DNA of 64,000 nucleotides from an uncultured Planctomycetia bacterium (GCA_964451815.1 CAYVIW010000076.1:6210-70209), one strand, 5' to 3'. Counted from the stretch's first letter, positions 1 through 11,311 are shown. The notes: generated by a model not told the origin, from the letters alone. Numbers and translations: made by a program.

Positions 1-323
1 ATATACACGTCGGTCTGAGGCACATACGCCTCAGGCTGATAATAATCATAATAGCTGACAAAATATTCGACCGCGTTATCCGGGAAGAACGAACGGAACT
101 CGGCGTAAAGCTGGGCCGCCAGGGTCTTATTATGAGATATCACCAGGGTGGGCCGGTTGAGCTTAGTTATTATGTTAGCCATCGTGAAGGTCTTACCGCT
201 GCCTGTAACTCCCAGAAGGGTCTGCATCCTGTTGCCGGAACTTATTGAGGAGACCATTTGCGCGATAGCCTCGGCCTGGTCGCCCGCGGGCTTTAGATCC
301 GTTATCAGATCGAACCGTTCCAT
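1..323 (-). CDS. uvrB: Excinuclease ABC subunit B, N-terminal fragment; the rest of the gene lies outside the window.
   Basis: The minus-strand translation from the ATG at 323 reads [22 protein letters not shown]...[15 protein letters not shown]...[41 protein letters not shown]. This is the canonical UvrB N-terminus with its Walker A motif. Its start overlaps the nadC stop in a TGATG arrangement. Confidence 0.85.
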   Translation of the reverse strand, partial: MERFDLITDLKPAGDQAEAIAQMVSSISSGNRMQTLLGVTGSGKTFTMANIITKLNRPTLVISHNKTLAAQLYAEFRSFFPDNAVEYFVSYYDYYQPEAYVPQTDVY

Positions 324-1219
324 CAAATGTCCTTGTATATTATCTCCATACTGAAGTCCACGGGCTTAACCGCGGCTGTCATATATCCGCTAGAAATGAT
401 GTCCACTCCCGTTGAGGCGTATTCCGCGACATTGCGCGGCGTTATGCCTCCCGAAACCTCCAGAAGCACGCTTTCTTTCTTACCGGCAGTATCCCTGCGC
501 TCAACCGCCTGCTTTATTGTCGAGGGCGTCATATTGTCCAGCATTATTACGTCCGGCTTCTCCGAAAGAGCGGAGTCGAATTCCGCGAGGGTCTCTACCT
601 CTATCTCTACCTTTACGTTCTTCTGCACAGAGGCCCTGGCGCGCCTGATCAATTCTTTTACCACCACAGAGGTGTCCGTGGTCTTCATCTGCATAGCCGC
701 GGCCCTTATGTGGTTATCCTTTATGAGCACCATATCCCACAGGCCTTTCCTGTGGTTGTAGCCGCCCCCTACCGTCACGGCATATTTCTGAAGATACCGG
801 TATAACGGTATGGTCTTTCTTGTGTCGTATATCATGACCCCCGTACCCGCAACGGAATCGACCATCTTTTTTGTCGCGGTGGCCACACCGCTCAAGAACC
901 CGAGAAAATTAAGAGCCGTCCTTTCGGCTTTGAGTATCGCCTGGGCATTACCTTCCACAAAGGCTATCTCCTGAGACGGGGCTATAGTATCACCATCCTT
1001 AACAGCCGGCCTGAATTTTAGCGCGCAGTCTACCGCGGCGAACACCCTCTCCACAATGTCTATTCCGCAGACCGATCCTTCCTGTCTGGATATTATAACG
1101 CCGTCGGCGTCGAGAAACCTGTCCAGCACGGACTGGCCCGTTATGTCACCCGTCCAGACATCCTCTCTAAGAGCGAAACGTATGATTCTATCCACACGCC
1201 TTTTGTCTATTTCCGTCAT
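323..1219 (-). CDS. nadC: Nicotinate-nucleotide (quinolinate) phosphoribosyltransferase.
   Basis: 298-aa ORF resembling QPRTase over its full length (…[19 protein letters not shown]…[16 protein letters not shown]…). Confidence 0.85.
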   Translation of the reverse strand: MTEIDKRRVDRIIRFALREDVWTGDITGQSVLDRFLDADGVIISRQEGSVCGIDIVERVFAAVDCALKFRPAVKDGDTIAPSQEIAFVEGNAQAILKAERTALNFLGFLSGVATATKKMVDSVAGTGVMIYDTRKTIPLYRYLQKYAVTVGGGYNHRKGLWDMVLIKDNHIRAAAMQMKTTDTSVVVKELIRRARASVQKNVKVEIEVETLAEFDSALSEKPDVIMLDNMTPSTIKQAVERRDTAGKKESVLLEVSGGITPRNVAEYASTGVDIISSGYMTAAVKPVDFSMEIIYKDI

Positions 1220-1220
1220 G

Positions 1221-1943
1221 TCAGTCCGCCCTCCCGCGTTCGATCTTTTTCTTAAGCGACTTTACCTCCGAGCGCGTAAGCCTGCGGTATTCCCCTCTCT
1301 TTATTCTCCCTATTGAAAGCCCGGCGTATCCCGTCCGTTCGAGCTCCACGACCCTGCTTCCCGCAAGATCGAACATCCTTCTTATCTGCCTTTTCCTGCC
1401 TTCATGCAGACTGATCCGGTAAACCAGCTTCCCCAAACGCTCTATCCCGCAAGGCGAGGTCTTCTTGCCGTCGATCTCGACACCGGAAGCTATCATTTTC
1501 AGAGCTTTTTCCTCCAGAGGATATTCGGTTCTCGCGATATACTCTTTTTCTATCTCAAAAGAGGGATGAGAAAGCCCGTGCGCGAGATCACCGTCGTTGG
1601 TCAGAATAATAAGGCCGGTGGTGTCCTTATCGAGCCTCCCCACCGGGTAAAGTCTTTCCTTGACGCCGCGGAACATATCGGTTATTTTTTTTCTGCCGTG
1701 GGTATCTTTTGCCGTCGATATGACGCCCCCGGGCTTATTTAAAAGAAAATACATCTTTTCTTCCTCGCTCTTAAGAGAAACCCCGTTAAGCGATATTTCG
1801 TGAAGTGAAGGATCCAGCTTAAGGCCTTTTTCCCTTACCACCCGGCCATCGACCTTTACCTTGCCTTTTTCTATAAGAGAGGCGGCGCTTCTTCTTGATG
1901 CCGCTCCTGCGTGGGCTAATATGGTCTGGAGACGTTTTTCCAT
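1221..1943 (-). CDS. Pseudouridine synthase of the RsuA/RluB family, with an S4 RNA-binding domain.
   Basis: N-terminal S4-like segment followed by the catalytic motif PVGRLDKDTTGLIILTNDGDLAHGL. Confidence 0.8.
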   Translation of the reverse strand: MEKRLQTILAHAGAASRRSAASLIEKGKVKVDGRVVREKGLKLDPSLHEISLNGVSLKSEEEKMYFLLNKPGGVISTAKDTHGRKKITDMFRGVKERLYPVGRLDKDTTGLIILTNDGDLAHGLSHPSFEIEKEYIARTEYPLEEKALKMIASGVEIDGKKTSPCGIERLGKLVYRISLHEGRKRQIRRMFDLAGSRVVELERTGYAGLSIGRIKRGEYRRLTRSEVKSLKKKIERGRAD

Positions 1944-1977
1944 CTTTTCCAGGGCCGGCCTGATCCGAAGGTCCGAC

Positions 1978-4668
1978 TCAAACCAGAGCGGCCAGGTTAT
2001 CTTTGAGGTTATCTATCTCGTTGCGGAACTTTTCCCGTTTGGACATTTCCTTTTCTATGACATCGCGGGGAGCTTTATCGAGAAAAGTTTTGTTGGAAAG
2101 TTTATTTTCAAGCCCCGAAAGGAATTTCTCTATCTGTTGTATCTTGATATCGACCCTTTTCCTTTCGACCTCTATGTCCACGGCGTTCCCAAGGGGTATA
2201 TAGAGTTTTATATTATCCACGAGCGCCGCGACAGACCTCTGCGGCCTTTCAACATCCGCCCCCGCGCCCGCGATCCTGCAAAGAGCGAGTTTTTCAAGAT
2301 AAACCGCGTTATTCTCTATAAGGGCCGGGTCCCCGACGTCCGGCGAGGAGAAAAAAACATCCAGTACTGCCTTGGGCCCTACGTTCCAGAACGCCCTTAT
2401 ATTCCTTATGGCCGTTATCATGCGGATGAGTTTCTCCATACCCTGGTAAGCTGCTTCGTCCGTATACTCCTTCTCCACAAGCGGCCATTCCGACATCATT
2501 ATCCATTCACACCCGGCTCCCGGGACCATCTGCCATATCTCTTCGGTGATAAACGGCATTATGGGATGCAGTAATTGCAGGGCTTTTTTAAGAACAGCGA
2601 TGAGCACCTTCTGCGTGGCGTTCTTATCGGAAGAAAGCTTTGATACCTCAAGATACCAGTCGCAATACTTATGCCAAATGAAGTCATAAAGATGCCCGGC
2701 CGCGTCGCTGAAACGGTACTTCTCAAGACTTTCGGTCACGTCCCCGGCGGTTTTGTTCAGATTATGCAGTATCCACCTTTCGGCAAGGCCCAATGAACTG
2801 TAGTCCAGTTCCTCATCCAGAACATTCTCATCAAGGTTCATCAGAACATACCTGGAAGCGTTCCATATCTTGTTGGCGAAATTCCTGCCGATATCGAATT
2901 TATCTTTAGAAAGAAAAACGTCCTGCCCCTGGCTCGTTATAGAAATTACGCTGAACCTCAGGGCATCACTGCCCACTTCGGCTATTATTTCCAGCGGATC
3001 TATCACGTTACCGAGTGATTTTGACATCTTAGTACCAGTAGCGTCCCTTACCGTACCGTGTATATAAACATCCCTGAACGGTATGCCGCCGATGAACTTG
3101 AGACCGGCCATTATCATGCGGGCCACCCAGAAGAATATTATTTCCTGGGCCGTAACAAGCGCCTTTGTCGGGTAAAAAACATCGAGCGTTCTGCTCTTTT
3201 CAGGCCATCCCATGGTCGAAAAAGGCCATAGCCATGAACTGAACCAGGTATCCAGAACGTCAGGGTCCTGCTCTAGATCGCTCCCGCCGCACGAAGGACA
3301 TTTTTCGGGCTTTTCCCTTCCCACAAAGACGCCTTCTTGCCCGGGCCGGGTTATATCAACTTCTCTAACATCCTTGTGTCCCAGACACTGCCTGCAATAC
3401 CACACAGGTATACGATGCCCCCACCATATCTGACGTGAAATACACCAGTCCCTGATATTATTCATCCAGTTAAGGTACACTTTGGTCCATCGCCCCGGAT
3501 AGAACTTTATATCGCCCTTTTCCACCGCTTCTATGGCCTCTCGCGCCAACGGCTTCATCCTAACGAACCATTGCTTTGAAAGGCGCGGCTCCACAATCAC
3601 GTGGCATCTGTAACAATGTCCAACGGCATGGGAATGGTCCTCCGACTTTACAAAAAGCTTACGCTGTTTTAGGTCTTCGATTATCACTTCACGGCATTCC
3701 AGCCTGTCCATGCCTTCGTAATCCTGGCCCAACGCGTTTATGGTCCCGTCGGGGTTCATGACATTGACATTTTCAAGCCCGTGTTTGAGCCCAAGCTCGA
3801 AATCTACGGGATCATGCGCCGGCGTGACCTTGAGGGCGCCTGTGCCGAACTGGGGTTCTACACTTTCATCGAAAATAAGTTTGAGCTCTCTTTTTATTAT
3901 GGGAAGTATAAGTGTCTTACCTTTTAGATGGGCGTATCTCGGGTCTTTCGGGTTAACCGCTACGGCAACATCACCCAGCATTGTCTCAGGCCTGGTGGTA
4001 GCGACCACCACATAATCCTCGTTCTCCGTCTCCAGCTTTTCTCTGCCCTTTACGGGATATTTTATGTAGTAGAGCATACCCTCAAGGTTCCTGTGTTCGG
4101 CCTCCTCGTCACTCAGGGCTGTCTCGCATCTGGGACACCAGTTAATTATGTAGTCCCCTTTGTAGATCAGGCCTTCCCCGTAAAGCCTGATAAAGACCTC
4201 CTTAACCGCTTCCGACAGGCCTTCATCCATAGTAAAGCGCGTGCGGTCCCAGTCGCAGGAACATCCCAGCCTCTTGAGCTGACGTATAATAGTGTTGCCG
4301 TATTCCTCTTTCCACTGCCACACTTTTTCCGTAAACTTTTCGCGCCCGATGTCGTGTCTCTTGAGCCCGCTTTTGGTCAGTTCTCTCTCCACTACATTCT
4401 GTGTAGCGATCCCGGCATGGTCCGTTCCGGGCATCCAGAGAGCCTCAAATCCCTGCATCCTTTTCCATCTTACCAGTATGTCCTGGATAGTATTGTTGAG
4501 CGCATGGCCCATATGGAGGATACCGGTGATATTCGGTGGAGGTATGACTATCGAATAGGGCGCTTTGCCGGAACTCTCATCGGCCCTGAAAAAGCCCTTT
4601 TCGGACCATGCGGAATATATTTTCTCTTCGGCCGAACTGGGATCGTATCTTGTGGGGATATCTTTCAT
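1978..4668 (-). CDS. valS: Valyl-tRNA synthetase.
   Basis: 896 aa carrying the class I HIGH motif (LHMGHALN) and KMSKS, with a typical ValRS N-terminus and C-terminal coiled coil. Confidence 0.95.
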   Translation of the reverse strand: MKDIPTRYDPSSAEEKIYSAWSEKGFFRADESSGKAPYSIVIPPPNITGILHMGHALNNTIQDILVRWKRMQGFEALWMPGTDHAGIATQNVVERELTKSGLKRHDIGREKFTEKVWQWKEEYGNTIIRQLKRLGCSCDWDRTRFTMDEGLSEAVKEVFIRLYGEGLIYKGDYIINWCPRCETALSDEEAEHRNLEGMLYYIKYPVKGREKLETENEDYVVVATTRPETMLGDVAVAVNPKDPRYAHLKGKTLILPIIKRELKLIFDESVEPQFGTGALKVTPAHDPVDFELGLKHGLENVNVMNPDGTINALGQDYEGMDRLECREVIIEDLKQRKLFVKSEDHSHAVGHCYRCHVIVEPRLSKQWFVRMKPLAREAIEAVEKGDIKFYPGRWTKVYLNWMNNIRDWCISRQIWWGHRIPVWYCRQCLGHKDVREVDITRPGQEGVFVGREKPEKCPSCGGSDLEQDPDVLDTWFSSWLWPFSTMGWPEKSRTLDVFYPTKALVTAQEIIFFWVARMIMAGLKFIGGIPFRDVYIHGTVRDATGTKMSKSLGNVIDPLEIIAEVGSDALRFSVISITSQGQDVFLSKDKFDIGRNFANKIWNASRYVLMNLDENVLDEELDYSSLGLAERWILHNLNKTAGDVTESLEKYRFSDAAGHLYDFIWHKYCDWYLEVSKLSSDKNATQKVLIAVLKKALQLLHPIMPFITEEIWQMVPGAGCEWIMMSEWPLVEKEYTDEAAYQGMEKLIRMITAIRNIRAFWNVGPKAVLDVFFSSPDVGDPALIENNAVYLEKLALCRIAGAGADVERPQRSVAALVDNIKLYIPLGNAVDIEVERKRVDIKIQQIEKFLSGLENKLSNKTFLDKAPRDVIEKEMSKREKFRNEIDNLKDNLAALV

Positions 4669-6257
4669 TTTTTCTTTTTTCTTGCCTCGTCCTTAACGAA
4701 CTTGTATTCTATCGAATCCTTAAGTGCCCGCCAGCTCGCTTCAATTATATTCTCCGAAACCCCTACAGTCCACCATGAATCGGTCTTATCCTGAGACTGT
4801 ATAAGCACCCTGACCTTCGCCGCGGTGCCCGCTTTTTCGTCCAGCACTCTCACCCTGAAATCGGAAAGATGCATCTCCTTAAGGGAGGGATAGAATTCTA
4901 TAAGGGATTTCCTTATGGCCTGGTCCATGGCATGAACCGGGCCATCGCCCAGTGATACGGTATGCCTGAACTCTTTATTTATTCTCATTTTGACCGTGGC
5001 TTCAGATATTATGGGACCATCCTGACGCCTTTCCACTATGACCCTGAAATCCTCCATCTGAAAATGTTCTACGAGCTTTTCCGAAGCGCGCCTCATCATC
5101 AGCAGCAGAGACGCCTCGGCCAATTCGAACTGGTAACCTTCCTTTTCCAGGTCCTGCACATTGCTCAGCACCTTCCTGGCCTCGTCAGAGGTTTTATCCA
5201 TCTTTATGCCCATCTCGCAGGCTTTGTCCACGATGCCCGATTTGCCCGAAAGCTCGGAGATCAACATCCTTCTCTGATTGCCCACACTCAGCGGATCTAT
5301 ATGCTCGTAGCTCCTGGGCGTCTTGAGCATGGCGTTAACATGTACCCCGGCCTTATGCGCGAAAGCGCTTTTGCCCACATATGGCTGGTTATCCTGCTGT
5401 TTCACGTTGCAGATGTCGGCTACATACATTGACGCCTCTGTAAGGTCCTTGAACTCGAATTCGGACAGGCAGTCCAGCCCCAGTTTAAACTTAAGTGCCG
5501 GAAGTATGGAGACGAGGTTGGCGTTGCCGCATCTTTCCCCGTACCCATTGAAAGTCCCCTGCACCTGCGCGCATCCAGCCTGTACAGCCGCAACGGAATT
5601 CGCCACCGCCATATCGGCATCGTTATGCACATGTATCCCCAGAGGCACTTTTATTTTCGCCGCTACTTCTTCCACTATCTCGAAAACCTGGCTCGTAAGA
5701 CTACCTCCGTTAGTATCGCAAAGCACCAGAACTTCAGATCCTCCTTCAGCCGCCGCCTTCAGGGTATCTATCGCGTATGCCGGATTTTCCCTGTACCCGT
5801 CAAAAAAGTGCTCCGCGTCGAAAAAAACATGCCGCCCTTTTTTCTTAAGATATCTGACCGACCCCTCGATCATATTAAGATTCTCTTTTAAGGTAGTCTT
5901 TAATACAAACCTCACATGCAAGTCCCAGCTCTTGCCGAATATAGTGACATGCTCCGTACCCGCTTTAAGAAGTTCCTTTATGACAAAATCTTCTGACTCT
6001 TTCCCTCCGGCTCTTCGGGTGCTCCCGAAAGCCGTAAGCTTGGAATTTTTGAGCTTAAGCTCCTTCTTTGCCAGTTTGAAAAATTCGTTGTCTTTGGGAT
6101 TCGAGCCGGGCCATCCTCCCTCAATATAATCAACTCCAAGCTCATCAAGTTTCTGGGCGATCCTAATCTTATCTTTTACCGTAAAAGAGATGCCCTCGAA
6201 CTGGGACCCATCCCTCAGGGTCGTATCATATACGAATATCTTCCGCTTTTTCTTCAT
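4665..6257 (-). CDS. 2-isopropylmalate / (R)-citramalate synthase (LeuA/CimA family).
   Basis: Catalytic domain of the HMGL-like (DRE-TIM) family (FVYDTTLRDGSQ…HVHNDADMAV) plus a C-terminal LeuA-dimer regulatory domain. I place the start at MKKKRK (ATG at 6257); the ORF-track extension upstream would overlap lysC. Confidence 0.8.
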   Translation of the reverse strand: MKKKRKIFVYDTTLRDGSQFEGISFTVKDKIRIAQKLDELGVDYIEGGWPGSNPKDNEFFKLAKKELKLKNSKLTAFGSTRRAGGKESEDFVIKELLKAGTEHVTIFGKSWDLHVRFVLKTTLKENLNMIEGSVRYLKKKGRHVFFDAEHFFDGYRENPAYAIDTLKAAAEGGSEVLVLCDTNGGSLTSQVFEIVEEVAAKIKVPLGIHVHNDADMAVANSVAAVQAGCAQVQGTFNGYGERCGNANLVSILPALKFKLGLDCLSEFEFKDLTEASMYVADICNVKQQDNQPYVGKSAFAHKAGVHVNAMLKTPRSYEHIDPLSVGNQRRMLISELSGKSGIVDKACEMGIKMDKTSDEARKVLSNVQDLEKEGYQFELAEASLLLMMRRASEKLVEHFQMEDFRVIVERRQDGPIISEATVKMRINKEFRHTVSLGDGPVHAMDQAIRKSLIEFYPSLKEMHLSDFRVRVLDEKAGTAAKVRVLIQSQDKTDSWWTVGVSENIIEASWRALKDSIEYKFVKDEARKKKK

Positions 6258-6270
6258 CTCATTCCCGCCT

Positions 6271-7524
6271 TCAGCCTTTTCCTGCCCGCTTTTTTCCGCT
6301 TTTCTTGCCGAGATCAAATGCTTTATGCACAGCGTTAACGGCTTTACTGGCAACCTTATCCTCTATTACACATGATATCTTGATCTCACTGGTAGAGATC
6401 ATCTCTATGTTGATCTTTTTGGAAGCGAGTGCCTTGAACATCCTGGCCGCTACACCTGAATGACTACGCATGCCTATTCCGACGACCGAAAGCTTGGCCA
6501 CTTTCCTGTTTACCTTAACCCCCTTAGCACCTATGCGACGGGCTATCGCTCTAACAACTTCCTCGGTCTTGACAAGGTCCTTTTTAGGCACGGTGAAAGA
6601 TATATCCGTGGCTCCGGTCCTTGAGATGTTCTGTACTATCATGTCTACATTTATATCGGCGCCCGCGAGATTCTCGAACAGCCTACTGGCCTCACCGGGC
6701 TTATCGGGAACATCGCACACGGTAATCTTGGCTTCGTCCTTGTTCACGGCGACTCCTCTCACCAGAACATCCTCCATACCCCTGACCTCCTTTGTGATGA
6801 CCGTCCCTTCTTCTCTGGAAATACTCGACCTTACATGCATTGGTACATTGAATTTGCTCGCTACTTCCATGCTTCTGGCCTGCATCACCTGCGCTCCTAA
6901 AGAGGCAAGCTCGAGCATCTCATCATAACTTATGGTCTGCAATTTTCGCGCTTCCTTGACAATACGCGGATCAGCCGTGTAAACGCCTTTTACGTCGGTA
7001 TATATCTCGCACAGCCCGGCTTTAAGTACCTTTGCCAGGGCCACCGCGGTCATATCAGAACCTCCCCGCCCAAGAGTGGTTATATCCTGGTCAAGATTGA
7101 CCCCCTGGAACCCGGCGACTATTACCACCTTGCCGGCATCAAGCTGCCGGCGTATTTTGCCGGTAGATATTTCTACTATCCTGGCTTTTGTATGGGAGGA
7201 ATCGGTCTTTATTCCGACCTGCGCGCCGGTAAGAGATATCGCCCCGACACCCAACCCGTTGAGCGCCATCGCCAGAAGGGCCACCGACATCTGTTCTCCC
7301 GTGGAAAGAAGCATGTCCAGTTCTCTTGCCGGGGGGTCCTTGCTTATTTTCATAGCCAGGTCCATAAGCTCGTCCGTAGTATCCCCCAGAGCCGAGACCA
7401 CCACCACAAGTTCATAGCCTTTTTTTCTGGTTTCAGCCACCCTGCGGGCAACACCCATTATGCGCCCGGTGTCAGCTACGCTGCTTCCGCCATATTTCTG
7501 GACTATTATACCTTTTTTCTTCAT
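6271..7524 (-). CDS. lysC: Aspartate kinase.
   Basis: KYGGSSV nucleotide-binding motif, amino-acid kinase fold and two C-terminal ACT domains. I place the start at the MKKKG ATG ending at 7524. Confidence 0.9.
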   Translation of the reverse strand: MKKKGIIVQKYGGSSVADTGRIMGVARRVAETRKKGYELVVVVSALGDTTDELMDLAMKISKDPPARELDMLLSTGEQMSVALLAMALNGLGVGAISLTGAQVGIKTDSSHTKARIVEISTGKIRRQLDAGKVVIVAGFQGVNLDQDITTLGRGGSDMTAVALAKVLKAGLCEIYTDVKGVYTADPRIVKEARKLQTISYDEMLELASLGAQVMQARSMEVASKFNVPMHVRSSISREEGTVITKEVRGMEDVLVRGVAVNKDEAKITVCDVPDKPGEASRLFENLAGADINVDMIVQNISRTGATDISFTVPKKDLVKTEEVVRAIARRIGAKGVKVNRKVAKLSVVGIGMRSHSGVAARMFKALASKKINIEMISTSEIKISCVIEDKVASKAVNAVHKAFDLGKKSGKKRAGKG

Positions 7525-7567
7525 ATATTCCTTTTTTAGCGGGCTTTTCACTTCCCCCGATTCAACT

Positions 7568-8773
7568 CTATTCCCCGTAATGTATAAGCATGCCCATAAG
7601 ATCGGAACCAGTCTTGATCCCCAGACTGCCTGCCTTAGCGGAAACTTCCGAAAAAACCGTGACCTCATCGGGAAGTATACCCTCGCCCGCCATGGCTACC
7701 GGTACCGGTTCTCCCGTATGGGTCCTTTTCTTTACGGGAGTCGGGTGGTCCGGTAATACCATTACCCTGTAGTCTGTGCCGGAATCGGTAAGCTCTTTGA
7801 TTATCTTACCGGCTATCTTACCGTCAAAATTCTCTATAGCCCTTATTTTTTCACGTATATCCCCGTTATGCCCCGCCTCGTCAGGAGCCTCAACATGCAC
7901 AAAGACCATATCGTCCTTTTCGAGAATATCAAGCGCGGCCTGAGCCTTGCCCTCGTAGTTGGTATCATAATATCCGGTCGCGCCGCGGACATCAGGCACC
8001 TGAAGACCCAGAATGCGGCCCAGGCCTTTTAAAAGATCCACGGCGGATATGATCCCCCCACTCACGCTATAGGCGTCCTCGAACTTCGGCATATCGGGCC
8101 GCTTCCCCTGGCCCCATAACCATATCATATTTGCCGGATTCTGTTTGAGATCTATGCGCACTTTATTTATATCGTTGTTCTCGAGGATGTCTTTTGACCT
8201 CTCCATTATCTGCACCAGTTCCGGAGACTTGGGAAAATGTTTTGATATGGATTTGTCAAGTAAATCGTGCGGAGGAAAACATTTTACATTGCTGAGATCG
8301 TCGGCTTCAGATCTGTCGGCGCATCGCACAACAAGAAGGTTCCGGTAACTTTTCCCGGCATAAAAATTGAATTTTTCACTCTCCAGCTCGCTCGACAAAA
8401 CGTCAACGAGAAAGGAACTCTCTTTTGTGGAAATATGTCCGGCGCTGTAGTCGACCATCTTGTCGTCGTGGCAGGTTATGGTATTGAACCTGAAGGCCAC
8501 ATCATTTTCACCCAGCTCCACTCCAAGATTAGCGGCTTCCAAGGGTCCCCGACCACAATAGTATTTCCTTGGGTCGTACCCCAGTATGGACAGATTAGCT
8601 ACATCGCTTGCCGGGGTCATTCCCTTTGGAACGTTCCTGGACAGACCCGTCACGCCTTTTCTGGCAATGGTATCCATGTTGGGAGTGTGAGCGACCTCCA
8701 TGCAAGTCCTGTCGTTAAGCTCTTCCAGCGGCAATCCCGCCATTCCGTCCGGAACAAGTACGATATACTTCAT
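7568..8773 (-). CDS. Cofactor-independent phosphoglycerate mutase (ApgM-type metalloenzyme) homologue; in this genomic context it is more likely a non-canonical homoserine kinase.
   Basis: 401 aa resembling the ApgM family (MKYIVLVPDGMAGLP…). It lies between lysC and thrC-hom, and no thrB is present in the window. Confidence 0.75.
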   Translation of the reverse strand: MKYIVLVPDGMAGLPLEELNDRTCMEVAHTPNMDTIARKGVTGLSRNVPKGMTPASDVANLSILGYDPRKYYCGRGPLEAANLGVELGENDVAFRFNTITCHDDKMVDYSAGHISTKESSFLVDVLSSELESEKFNFYAGKSYRNLLVVRCADRSEADDLSNVKCFPPHDLLDKSISKHFPKSPELVQIMERSKDILENNDINKVRIDLKQNPANMIWLWGQGKRPDMPKFEDAYSVSGGIISAVDLLKGLGRILGLQVPDVRGATGYYDTNYEGKAQAALDILEKDDMVFVHVEAPDEAGHNGDIREKIRAIENFDGKIAGKIIKELTDSGTDYRVMVLPDHPTPVKKRTHTGEPVPVAMAGEGILPDEVTVFSEVSAKAGSLGIKTGSDLMGMLIHYGE

Positions 8774-8790
8774 ATTAGTTGTCCTTGTTT

Positions 8791-9858
8791 TTATTCTAAG
8801 GCTGCTTCGTTCACCACCGCTTCGAGATCCGCGTCAACCACTACCGGAGGATCCAGGGTTTTTATGGCCCTGTCAGGATCCTTCAGTCCGTGACCGGTGA
8901 GCACACATACTATGTCGGTCTTTTGTTTGCTGTCCTTGACATCGTCAAAAAAACCTTCTCCCGATTTTTTAAGTATTCCAGCCACACTGGCCGCAGAAGC
9001 CGGTTCGGCGAATACCCCGCAGCCGGAAGCGAGAAGCCTGTACGCGTCTATTATCTCGTCGTCTGTAACCTTTTCGATTATACCTCCGGAGGTGTTCCTG
9101 GCCTCTTCCGCCTGTACCCAGCTGGCCGGATTACCTATTTTTATCGCGGTCGCAAGCGTCCGGGGGTCTTTGATGGGCCTGCCGTCAACGATCGGAGCGG
9201 AACCGGCGGCCTGAAAACCCAGCATTCTGGGAAGACCAGAGATCTTACCGGCATCTTTGTATTCCCGATACCCTTTCCAGTATGCCGTTATGTTACCCGC
9301 GTTCCCAACCGGCAGGGCGTGAAAAGCCGGCGCGTGAGACAGCCTGTCGCATATTTCAAAAGCCCCGGTCTTCTGACCCTCTATTCTGTAAGGGTTGATA
9401 GAGTTGACAAGCGTAACAGGATATTTGTCTGTTATACTTCTTACTATCTCCAAGGCCTGATCGAAATTGCCCCTTATCGCTATAACCTTAGCTCCATGCA
9501 TCAGGGCCTGTGCGAGCTTGCCCAGAGCTATCGCCCCCTCGGGTATCACTACCAAGCACTTTATCCCGGCTATTGAGGCGTAGGCCGCCGCGGAAGCCGA
9601 AGTGTTGCCGGTTGAAGCACAGGCTATTGCCCTGGAACCCTTTTCAACGGCCTTGGAAACGGCCATCGTCATACCCCTGTCCTTGAAACTGCCGGTAGGG
9701 TTGAGCCCCTCGAACTTCAGCCAAACGTTCACTCCCGGCCCGATCTTCTCCGCGATACGGTCCGCTTTTATAAGGGGCGTATCCCCTTCCTCCAGAGAAA
9801 TAACCGGAGTATTGTCTCCCACAGGAAGGTATTCTCTATATCTTTCTATTACACCCAT
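8791..9858 (-). CDS. thrC: Threonine synthase.
   Basis: PLP-lysine motif GSFKDRG and an overall ThrC-like sequence. Confidence 0.9.
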   Translation of the reverse strand: MGVIERYREYLPVGDNTPVISLEEGDTPLIKADRIAEKIGPGVNVWLKFEGLNPTGSFKDRGMTMAVSKAVEKGSRAIACASTGNTSASAAAYASIAGIKCLVVIPEGAIALGKLAQALMHGAKVIAIRGNFDQALEIVRSITDKYPVTLVNSINPYRIEGQKTGAFEICDRLSHAPAFHALPVGNAGNITAYWKGYREYKDAGKISGLPRMLGFQAAGSAPIVDGRPIKDPRTLATAIKIGNPASWVQAEEARNTSGGIIEKVTDDEIIDAYRLLASGCGVFAEPASAASVAGILKKSGEGFFDDVKDSKQKTDIVCVLTGHGLKDPDRAIKTLDPPVVVDADLEAVVNEAALE

Positions 9859-9862
9859 ACCA

Positions 9863-11164
9863 CTATCCTTCTATTCGTATTGCCGCGGTCTTAGCGGTCA
9901 CCCATTCCATAGCGTCTATTTCGGATATCGCTTTTCTCATATCGCCTTCTTTGACCTTATGGGTCATTATTACCACGGGTACTGTTTCTCCCTCGTTCCT
10001 TTCCTCCTGTGATACATTGGCTATACTGATGTTGTTGGTGGAAAGAACAGTAGATATACCCGCAAGTACCCCCGGCTTGTCTATTACAGAGAACCTCAGA
10101 TAATAAGCCAGGCTTATCTCTTCCATGCTCCGTATGCCATTGCCGGAAGAAGCGTAATTCATCCTGTACGGCAGGGGGTTGTCGCTGCCGGAATAAGCCA
10201 CATGCTCCGCTATCTCAACTATATCGCCTATGATCGAGCTTGCAGTAGGTTCTTTTCCCGCTCCCTTCCCAAAAAGAAGCGATTCTCCGATAAGATCGCC
10301 CCTAACGTATATTGCGTTATCAGCTCCGCGTACGTCAGAAAGAAGATGTGAAGATCTCAGAAGCGTCGGGTGCACTCTCAGCTCTATGCCTTTGTCGGAC
10401 TCTTTGGCGACACCCAGAAGCTTGACGCCGTATCCCCATTTTTTAGCGTTCGCTATATCCTGAGGCTCTATCGAGGAAATACCCTCGGTATGAACATCGC
10501 TGGCGTATACTTCCTGTCCGAAACACAGAAGCGCCAGTATCGCCAGTTTGTGGGCACTGTCAGCGCCGCTTATATCAAGCTCCGGATCTTTTTCGGCTAT
10601 CCCTTTCTCCTGGGCTATTTTTAACGCCTCGTCAAAAGAAAGCCCCTTTTCCTCCATCATGGTCAGGATAAAATTAGTGGTACCGTTAAGTATGCCATAG
10701 ACAGTGCTTATCCTGTTGGCCACAAAACTCTCTCTCAGCGTACGGATTATGGGTACAGCCCCGCAGACACTGGCCTCGAAGTTGACAAAAAGTCCCTTCT
10801 CCGACGCGGAACCGAATATCTCCTTCCAGCTTTCCGAAAGCAGGGCCTTATTTGCTGTAACAACATGCTTGCCGCTTTCAATAGCTTCGAGTATCATGCT
10901 CCTGGCGGGCTCTATGCCCCCCGCAAGCTCGACTATGATATCTATCCCGTCGTCAAGAATAAGATCTTTATAGGACATTGTCTTGACCGTTCCGTCGCCG
11001 GCACATGTCCTTTCTAAAGCGTTCTTATCCTTGTCGCACAGCGCCCTGATAACAAGCGAAACCCCGGTTCTCTCAGCTATAAGCGCCCCATTGCGGTTTA
11101 TGGACTCAACCACTCCGCTGCCGACGGTACCCAGGCCTATTATACCGATACTAACGCTCTTCAT
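9863..11164 (-). CDS. hom: Homoserine dehydrogenase.
   Basis: NAD-binding GLGTVGSGV, a catalytic domain and a C-terminal ACT domain. The start is trimmed to MKSVSIG because the extended ORF would run through the tRNA. Confidence 0.9.
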   Translation of the reverse strand: MKSVSIGIIGLGTVGSGVVESINRNGALIAERTGVSLVIRALCDKDKNALERTCAGDGTVKTMSYKDLILDDGIDIIVELAGGIEPARSMILEAIESGKHVVTANKALLSESWKEIFGSASEKGLFVNFEASVCGAVPIIRTLRESFVANRISTVYGILNGTTNFILTMMEEKGLSFDEALKIAQEKGIAEKDPELDISGADSAHKLAILALLCFGQEVYASDVHTEGISSIEPQDIANAKKWGYGVKLLGVAKESDKGIELRVHPTLLRSSHLLSDVRGADNAIYVRGDLIGESLLFGKGAGKEPTASSIIGDIVEIAEHVAYSGSDNPLPYRMNYASSGNGIRSMEEISLAYYLRFSVIDKPGVLAGISTVLSTNNISIANVSQEERNEGETVPVVIMTHKVKEGDMRKAISEIDAMEWVTAKTAAIRIEG

Positions 11165-11232
11165 GATGTCCTCTCCCGGTCTGTCTCTGTCCTTCCTGCC
11201 CATGCCACGAATAGGACTCGTATTGAATAAAA

Positions 11233-11311
11233 TGGTCGGGACGGTGGGATTTGAACCCACGACCCCTAGTCCCCCAGACTAGTACGCTAAACCAGGCTGC
11301 GCCACGTCCCG
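11233..11311 (-). tRNA. tRNA-Pro with anticodon GGG and an encoded CCA tail.
   Basis: Folded by hand as a cloverleaf. The acceptor stem is CGGGACG/CGTCCCG and positions 8-9 are U8 and G9. The D stem is GCGC/GCGU and the anticodon stem CUAGU/ACUAG carries the loop CU-GGG-GG. The T arm is GUGGG-UUCAAAU-CCCAC, followed by discriminator A and CCA. Confidence 0.8.

Noticed and set aside
148-354. A 68-aa plus-strand ORF at the left edge of the window.
   Set aside because: It lies antisense within the uvrB/nadC coding sequence, which has strong similarity on the opposite strand. It is a frame artefact.
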